A stretch of 18,516 nt of DNA from Syncephalis fuscata S228 (taxonomy: Eukaryota > Fungi > Zoopagomycota): the NCBI GenBank assembly GCA_025786725.1. It is one part of the record JAHLTZ010000185.1 of this genome. One strand, given 5' to 3'. Position 1 is the stretch's first letter. Each line of letters begins with the position of its first letter. The translations under genes and the position numbers were made by a program. This document shows, in pieces, positions 10,727 to 18,516 of this stretch. The notes beneath the pieces are model-generated. The model searched no databases, was not told the DNA's origin, and was given only the letters and a program-made list of their open reading frames with translations.

Positions 10727-12208
10727 CTATCCACAATTATATTGATGATAATCAGGTAATGATTGTATTAGTGTACGTTTACCGTCGTCCATCAAGGTAA
10801 CAAGTGCACTGCGCACTTTAAGTAGACACGGCAATCGACAGAATCGTAATTGCCAAGGCGCATAGGCTGTACGGAACTTTTGCCATATCATAATACTAAG
10901 TGTATCGTGATAGAGACACGTACCACAGTGCCAACAAGTATCGCCTGTTGCATCAAGTAATGATGTAGTACCATCCAATCTACTCGATTGACGTAATCCA
11001 ATAGGCAAATGATGTGGCATTGTTGTAGTTGCTGAGTGGTTATTCTGTTGACCCACTAGTTGTATACACTGTGAATAGAGACCGTAATTATGTGCATAGA
11101 CTTGAAATGGTACTTGATATACACCACGCTTACTTCGTCTCTTTCTTAGTTGTGATGGCTGTACACCCTCAAACTTAACTGGTAATCCTGTCCACCATTC
11201 ATGACTAGGCAATGCATCATTGGTATCGATATCAATAGATGTATCGATATCATTTATAGTGGTGGCACTATGTGAAATGGTCAATGAATTCGGATCTACT
11301 ATCGTGTGAAATTGTCGTAACCAAAAGGGACATGGTCGATCAATCATCGGCATACTAGATGTTTTAGATTCTCTTGAATGTTCATCATCCAATCGAATGG
11401 TTGGTGCAATCATTAATGGATTATCTTTAAACCAAAAGCATACTAGCAATGCTTGTTGACATAATTCAGCCGGTAATGACTTTAGTCGATTACCGGAAAC
11501 ATCAAGTGAACACAAATCTTTGAGTTCAGCCAATTCTTGTGGCAAGTGTTCCAAGCAATTATTATAAAGATTAAGATTATTAAGTCGTTTCAACTGTGAA
11601 ATGCCTTTGGGCAGTGTACATAATTGATTGTTGGATAGATCCAACTCTTCCAATCCAGCTAATCCATAAATAGAGGTTGATAATTGAGTAATACAATTAT
11701 TACCAAGTCTTAGAATACGTAATTGTTGAAGTTGAGGCAATGCCAGTGTCAAAACACGCTAAATAATAACCATTAATATTTATACAAATATATACATATG
11801 GATATTACTTACAAAATTGGTAATATGTTGCCGTGTTAATTGAATCATATTTGTGGCCGTAAATGGTACTTGAATAGTTTCAACCGGTGTAGTTAACTTT
11901 GGTCTCGTTGATAGTCGTGATGACCTTGTTGACCGCTTCTCTTCTAATAGAGGCGGCGATGGCAGTTGCGTATATTGAGACGTCATATTGATTGGTATGT
12001 TTTGAGAAGTGATATGCTGTAACGGTTGATCGTTCTTATTATAGTCATTAGTCTGTCCCGTAGTAGCTGCCATTGCTATCGCTTCATCGTAGTCTGACGT
12101 ATCTTCATCAATTGGCTGCGATCTCTCCTCGCTATAATAACGAGACAGTGTATAGCCATCCTCGTTGTCTGCCCGCAAACTCCAAAGAATGATTTCATTA
12201 CACGTCAT
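10727..12208 (-). CDS. Leucine-rich repeat protein (~475 aa, 2 exons)
   Basis: Exon 1 is 12208-11813, followed by a 54-nt GTAAGT...TTAG intron (11812-11759), then exon 2 at 11758-10727 in frame. There are about four LxxLxLxxNxL repeats (LRILRLGNNCI, LEELDLSNNQL, LNNLNLYNNCL, LCSLDVSGNRL) and a C-terminal CxxC...CxxxC (CWHC...FCRLPC). Confidence 0.85.
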
Positions 12209-12533
12209 AGTTAAAGATAGAAGAATGCCCGCTAATCAGTAGAAATAACCATTAATGCAGTATCTCATTCAGACGCAATAGATAAGCTGTTGAATACTTG
12301 ATCAACTAGGCAATGCTATGCTTACTGACTAGAAGAATAAGTCAGTGTGTGCTGTGTAAGGGGAAAAGAAAAAGAAACGTTGGTCACCGTTAAGAACGAG
12401 AGAGTTGCGGTATTTTGACCACTGTTCTATTAGTAACAATAGTAAAATATGATTAATATTATCGCCGCCTTCTTATCGTTTAAAACTTTTCCTTCTTTTT
12501 ATTCTATTACTGTACTAGAATATACAAAGTGTG
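12209..12533. promoter_or_regulatory. Probable bidirectional promoter between the LRR gene and ARP6
   Basis: Only 325 bp separate the two divergent start codons. Confidence 0.5.
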
Positions 12534-14749
12534 ATGTCGACCGACCGTACACTAGCTATTGTCGATAATGGGGCTTACAGTATTAAGGCCGGGGTGATGG
12601 GCCGCGATGAACAGCCACAGTAAGTGGAAAGAGTACAGGAAGGGGCGCAGTGTGACGTTTGCACAGTACAGTCGTGATTAATAGACCTTTATCAACGGTA
12701 TAGCGTAATGCCTAACTGCTTGGCTAAAGTAAAAGGGGCACGGCAATGGCTTGTAGCGGATGAGTTGAATTCTACGCATAATTATGCTGGTCTTTACTAT
12801 CGATTGCCCTTTGAAAAGGTAATACTAATAGTGAAGTAGCTAATAAATAGTAATCAACATAGAACTAATGTTAACTAGGGTATTCTAGTTGATTGGGATG
12901 TTGAACGTACTGTTTGGGAACGACTATTTTCATCAAATCTATTAAATGTAAGTTAAAAAGAGATATGTAAATACAAATGGTTAATCAATTATATTATAGT
13001 GTAATCTTGATACAACGTGGTTATGGTTGACTGAACCTTGTTTAAATCTACCCAATGTACAAGAAACATATGATCAAGTATTATTTGAAGAGTTTGGACT
13101 GGATGGATACGCACGCCACACAGGTAATTAGATGAATATGTATATATATGTGTGTGTAGTTATTAATATAATCAATTGTATAGCACCGGAATGGTGTATT
13201 AGAAATGATTTAAGTAATTTATTTAACGATTCAATAGCACCTTCAGTCAATGAATTAAATACAGCCACCATATCAACTATGCCTGATACAAATATATACG
13301 ATAGAGACTGTGTACTTATTGTAGATGTTGGTTACTCGTTTACCCATGCTGTTCCATTTCTAAATGGACAAATGATTAGTAGTGCTATTAGAAGGTAAAT
13401 ATGGCTAATTAACAGCCATAATGTTGATCTTACTAATCTATTACAGATTAAATGTAGGAGGCAAATTCTTAACAAATCATTTAAAAGAGATGATTTCATT
13501 TAGGTAATTATTAGTAATATACGAGCTATCTAAAGTTGTATTTAATAATATTGATATTAGACAGTGGAATATGATGGATGAAACGTATTTAGTTAATCAA
13601 ATTAAAGAAACGTGCTGTTTTGTATCTTCAGATATCTATCGTGATCTTCGTATCTGTTAGTAAGTATTTGTATCATTTAAATATCCTTTACTAGATAGAT
13701 AGTTGTAATAATAATAACAATTATCATTATTATGTATAATTTAGAGATAATCCACGATCTAATGACATTTTACAAGCTTATATATTACCCGACTTTGTTG
13801 ATACACATCAAGGCTATGTCAAGGTAAGTAGTAGCAACTTTATAATAATTAATATTTATTGTAATAAAATTAGACACCCGAACAAGTGAGATCGGCACCA
13901 TTGGCCGAAGAACAAGTAAATTAAATCAAATCAGACCAATTCTTTGTATTCATAATTGTACTTATTGTTTCAGGTGTTATGGATGAATAATGAGCGATTC
14001 ACCGTGCCTGAGGTACTATTCCATCCCTCAGATATTGGTTAGTATGAATAGCTAAAGAGTATTATGGTAGAGGCAATACGATAATCTTTACCAAACATAG
14101 GTATGCCACAAGCCGGTTTGGCCGAATTAATCCTGCGTGCCGTCCAAGCCACTCCTGAAAGTAAATATAAACGATTTAATACGTACCCATGAAGACACTA
14201 TTTACCTAGATTATATATTATAGCATTACACGCTCTATTATATGCCAATATCATTATAGTGGGTGGCAGTGCCCAATATCAAGGCTTCTATGATCGATTG
14301 TAAGTAGAAATAGCGAATATAATAAATGTAATAAATGTGATATAATATCTGTAATAATTAGATATTCTGAATTGCGTTCAATTGTACCCTCTGAACACAA
14401 TCTCCGTATTGCCATGCCTCAAACGTAAGTTAATAACCACGTGTCATAATAAATGGCCTTTTGCATGGCCATTGCTTTAAATCAACGCTTTGTATCATCG
14501 TCCATAGACCACTGATCTAACCTACTACTATTATACTATTATGCCATCCTACTATCATTTATCTCTCTTATCTCTTTTGTTACACGTTAAAGGCCGGAAC
14601 AATATGCTTGGCAAGGTGCTTATCACCACATCCATCAACATGCATTGTCGCAGCTAAAAGAAGACATAGTAACGCGTGCTGAGTATCAAGAAGAGGGCTC
14701 ATCTGCACATCATCGTCGTCGTCGTCATCACCGTCGTCGTCGTCATTAA
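12534..14749 (+). CDS. ARP6: Actin-related protein 6 (SWR1 complex), 14 exons
   Basis: Spliced translation: MSTDRTLAIVDNGAYSIKAG...GLYYRLPFEKGILVDWDVERTVW...LTEPCLNLPNVQETYDQVLFEEFG...IVDVGYSFTHAVPF...[42 protein letters not shown]...YILPDF...NNERFTVPEVLFHPSDIGMPQAG...AWQGA...VTRAEYQEEG. Stop TAA at 14747-14749. The exon 7/8 junction (~13655/13745) is ambiguous. Confidence 0.93.
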
Positions 14750-15322
14750 TATAGTGGCTATTCACTATAACATAGCATACTATTATAATAAACAAGTTGT
14801 TTTTATTTACATGTCATTTAGTTTTACAAAAGCACTTTGAATATCTAACCATGTATTCTTCTCTCTAATATACATATATATATATCATCTAGTATGTATC
14901 GACACGATAATCATACTAAATATAAACACGGCTATAACGTTGTTTAATACTGTGTGGGTATATCTGTCCTTGAAGTGATGAAACTCGCACAACGATTGAC
15001 TCCTTGTTACTCCTACTGAATAAACGACCTTGACCACACTTTTCTACGTATTATTACTAAAATACTAAAATAAGTAGCAACTACTACCGATATACACACA
15101 CACAGCAGTGAATGTGAGAGAACTCGAAAGATAAAAGATGGTCTTCATCATTCACACACGCCTGCATCCAACGACAAATCCCTTATATTCCCACCCATAA
15201 CATCCTCCTTTCCTTTTCTCAACCACTCCTGCTCTTTTCTCTTTTGTTCGCCCGGCCGCTTCATCTTTCCTCGTTCATCATTGCCTGCTACTCTTACTTT
15301 CGTTCATTTCTTTTCATCAGGA

Positions 15323-15389
15323 CTTACTACTTACTACTACTTACTACTACTACTTACTACTACTACTACTACTACTACTACTTACTACT
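15323..15389. repeat. Imperfect (TAC)n microsatellite
   Basis: cttactacttactactacttactactactac... is visible directly. Other short repeats nearby are (GTTT)n at ~15637-15690 and (CAA)8 at 16208-16231. Confidence 0.9.
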
Positions 15390-17060
15390 TTGACATATTT
15401 CCACTTGGTTTGTTCGTTTGTGCGTTGTTCGTTTTAGCGCGTACTCCTCCAGTTTGCGACGTCTCTCTGTTGTAGTAACAACAACAACAGCAGCAATAAC
15501 ACGCCATACTAGCGTTTAGTACGCTCTAAAGCTTTCTCTCACTTTCACTTTCACTTTTTTGTTTAACTTGTGCGTTTTCGGTCACGCTCGCTCTTCATTA
15601 TCATCTGAAGCAATTATACCGTTTGGTGTTTGCCACTTGTTTGTTTGTTTGTTTGTCTGTTTGCTCAATCGTTTATTTGTTTGTCTGTTTGTGTCCGCGT
15701 CCATTGACTCGGTCATAGCCTTGCCTTTACAGCTATTTGGATTGTCGTGTGATTGTTTGGTATAATAGTGTGCGTGTGTACCCTTATTATACTAGTATTA
15801 CAACTTTGGTACACGCCAACTATTAATCCGATCTGCCTCCATTAGCACATCATTGCCATACTCTGCACGCATATACGCAGACACACGTCTCGATTATCAC
15901 GCGCTCATCTGTTTTTTTCATTTCACGCTGTGAACTTGACTAAACACACACACACGCCCATCCACGCACACACTTACACACACATATATATATAACAACT
16001 GTGGCCGCTCATCTATCAATAACGGCACAACGATCCACACCTTTTCGGTTACTTTTGAAAAACGTATACTTTGATCTTACTGATTACTGTATTGTGCTAG
16101 CACAGATCTCTGTTCATCAAACGCAACACTAAAAAATCACTATTATTACTGCTACTGCTACTACTATTAACACTCCTACTATACTAGTACTACTATTCCT
16201 ACATTTGCAACAACAACAACAACAACAACAACTATACTGACATTTGCGTGCACTTGCTTCTATTTGGCCTAAATTATAACTATTGCCGTTATTTAGTGCT
16301 ATCCATTTATATAACACTACAGATTCGTCCACTTACAAGCAAGACTGCAAGTTTGGAATTGCACCTTCACTCGTTTCAACTTGTGTGTAGGTAAGCACGA
16401 GTAACTTGTTAATTACATTTCAAACATTGTCTAACTATTAATGTGCATTTATTACACTCGACGTGGATTTATTTCATATTATAATTATTATTGATTGCAT
16501 TTGTGCTTTAATATTATTATCCATTCTTTATCGACGTGTGTAGCTTGCCTTTCGTGCAGTTTTTTGTTGCTGTCATTACTGCTATTGTCGTTTATTCTCG
16601 TGTGCTTTTTCGTTGGGCAGCAAATACTATTGCTCAGTATTATTTTTAAAGGTATGTGCATTAATACTACTATTTAACGGTCTAGCTATATTAATAAGTC
16701 AATAGAGTAACTTGTGATACGAATTTGAACGTCTCCCTCCTTCCTGCCATAATCCCGCTGTTATTAGTATTTGAATAACATTGCCATTTTGTGGTATTAA
16801 GCTTTTGTGCTTTCTTTCTCGCATTCTTTCTTTTGCTAGACCTTGTTTCCACGCATATTACACCACGCATACTCGCGCACTTTCCAACTGATTTATTTAC
16901 TACTACAAACCAACCATTTAAACGCCACCTTACTACTTGTCGCGCTCCGATTGCAACGCATTTGACCGGCCAATCTATTAACTTGGTTCGATCGACCTTT
17001 GAATTTTTTCTGCACTTATACTTGTCTTTGCGCTAGTCGCTTATTTGTTTTTATTTTAAC

Positions 17061-18231
17061 ATGATGCCCTACCGCCCACCACAACGCCAACAATCCCCTG
17101 CTCGTCAGCGTACTCCTCCGCTTCGTCAGCCATCGCCAACGCATCAGCGTAACTCGAGCTATAGCCAGGCCACGAATAACTCGGATCCATACGGCTCACC
17201 ATCCAATAGCCGAAACCAAAACCAGGCTGGTCCAACGATGGTACCAGGCCATCCAGGTGGGCCAATTAACACAGGTAGCGGTGGTATTAAACAAATACCG
17301 CTTACCTGTTCTGGCCACACACGTCCGTTGTTCAGCTACAGTTTTCGCCAGTACTTGAAGATGGCAGCTATTTATTAATTAGCGCCTGTAAAGACGGCAA
17401 TCCTATGCTGCGTATTGGTGCAACCGGCGATTGGATCGGAACATTCAAGGGCCATAAAGGTGCTGTGTGGTGTGCACGTCTTAATATGGATGCTTCACGT
17501 GCTGTTACCGCTTCAGCTGATTTCTCTGCTAAAGTATGGGATACATTCAGCGGTGAAGTACTGCATACATTCCAACACAAGCATATAGTCCGTGCCGTCG
17601 ACATTTCACCTGATGGCCGCTACGTTGTCAGCGGCGGTCACGAGAAAGTCGTGCGTATGTACGATCTATCATCGCCTGATGCTGCACCTCGTTTGGCTAT
17701 GGGCCACGAAGCAACCATTAAAGGCATTGTTTGGGATCAATGGCATGGCGTGTTGATCACGCATGCCGAAGAACGTAGCGTTCGTATTTGGGATTTACGT
17801 ACGCTGAAGCAGACCAACTTGCTTGAAACGCAAGAGCGCGTCACCTCGGTCGAATTATCGAGCGATGGTGCAGTCATTAGCGCTACAGCCGGCAAGGCGG
17901 TCTATTTCTGGGATGCAGATACCTACGAATTGGTCAAAACGATCAATATGACCTTCGAGGCTAGCTGTGTTACTCTACATCCTACACGGGCCAGATTTGT
18001 TGTTGGTTCCAGCTCGGATCTATGGGTCGTGTCTACGATTTGGCATCTGGCCAAGAGCTAGAATTGTACAAAGGCCATCACGGACCAGTGCACACCGTCA
18101 GCTACAGTCCCGATGGTGAGGTGTATGCAACGGGTTCGGAAGATGGTACAATTCGTTTGTGGCAAACCATTCCTGGTACCGAGTATGGTCTATGGCAAGC
18201 TCAGTACACGGACGAAGAAGCTGCGCGCTAG
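17061..18231 (+). CDS. STRAP: STRAP/UNRIP-like WD40 protein; CDS broken by 1-nt frameshifts, 3' end uncertain
   Basis: A Pro/Gln/Ser-rich N-terminus leads to IPLTCSGHTRP/[shift ~17325]VVQLQFSPVLEDGSYLLISACKDGNPMLRIGATGDWIGTFKGHKGAVW...ASADFSAKVWD...DLW/[shift ~18026]VRVYD...KGHHGPVHTVSYSPDGEVYATGSEDGTIRLWQ...YGLW, which are characteristic STRAP motifs. No introns were seen in the CDS. It may continue into the poly-Q frame that runs off the window end. Confidence 0.85.
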
Positions 18232-18342
18232 CTGCATTGGCTGCCGATGAAGAAGCTTGTTGGCTGCGCTATTGCCGCCGATTAATGGGCGCACAACATC
18301 ACCGCCACAGCAACATCAGCTTTGTCACAAGGCTATAGTCCA

Positions 18343-18504
18343 CAACAACAGCAGCAGCAGCAACAACAACAGCAGCAGCAGCAGCAAGCGCAGCAGCTGT
18401 CACCACAACAGTTGCAACAGTTACAACAATTGCAACAGCAGGAGCAGCAATATCAACAGCAGCTCCAGCAACAAATCCTCCAGCATTTGCAACAGCAACA
18501 ACAG
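18343..18504 (+). repeat. CAA/CAG poly-glutamine-coding tract
   Basis: Mixed CAA/CAG codons in one frame, open to the window end (QQQQ...AQQLSPQQLQQLQQLQQQEQQYQQQLQQQILQHLQQQQQGLGS). The nearest upstream in-frame stop is TAA at 18283-18285. Confidence 0.8.
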
Positions 18505-18516
18505 GGACTTGGCTCT

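Noticed and set aside
14580-17036. Short ORF-track ORFs with poly-D, poly-T or poly-C runs
   Set aside because: They are the antisense of the ARP6 tail or microsatellite read-throughs with TTG/GTG starts, which are not credible eukaryotic genes.

Overview
AT-rich, intron-dense eukaryotic DNA, most likely from an early-diverging fungus (inferred from the short GTAAGT...CTAA...TAG introns and fungal-type IDH2/ARP6). The right half (8.7-18.5 kb) holds ordinary genes: NAD-IDH catalytic subunit IDH2 (+, 9 exons), an LRR protein (-), ARP6 (+, 14 exons) and a frameshifted STRAP-like WD40 gene behind a very long AUG-free leader. The left half holds the main finding, which the ORF track misses entirely. 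What looks like an ~80-bp satellite (2820-5798) is 32 consecutive, mutually similar phase-1 spliceosomal introns separating 31 micro-exons (30 of 3 nt, one of 6 nt). Spliced by hand, these give a clean 65-aa secreted prepropeptide, MKLSIAVVCTIVVALVAVTTMVDA-KPALVRR-GDPAQCAACVENCKRRTGLDWGKCRNGSCRTICA*, with 6 cysteines, so the mature peptide is encoded at essentially one codon per intron. Intron 6 carries a 400-bp tRNA-derived SINE with a 16-bp target-site duplication. The locus lies between two ~520-550-bp direct repeats that contain a decayed TnpB/Fanzor-like RuvC fragment. All translations and coordinates were derived by hand; no database searches were run.
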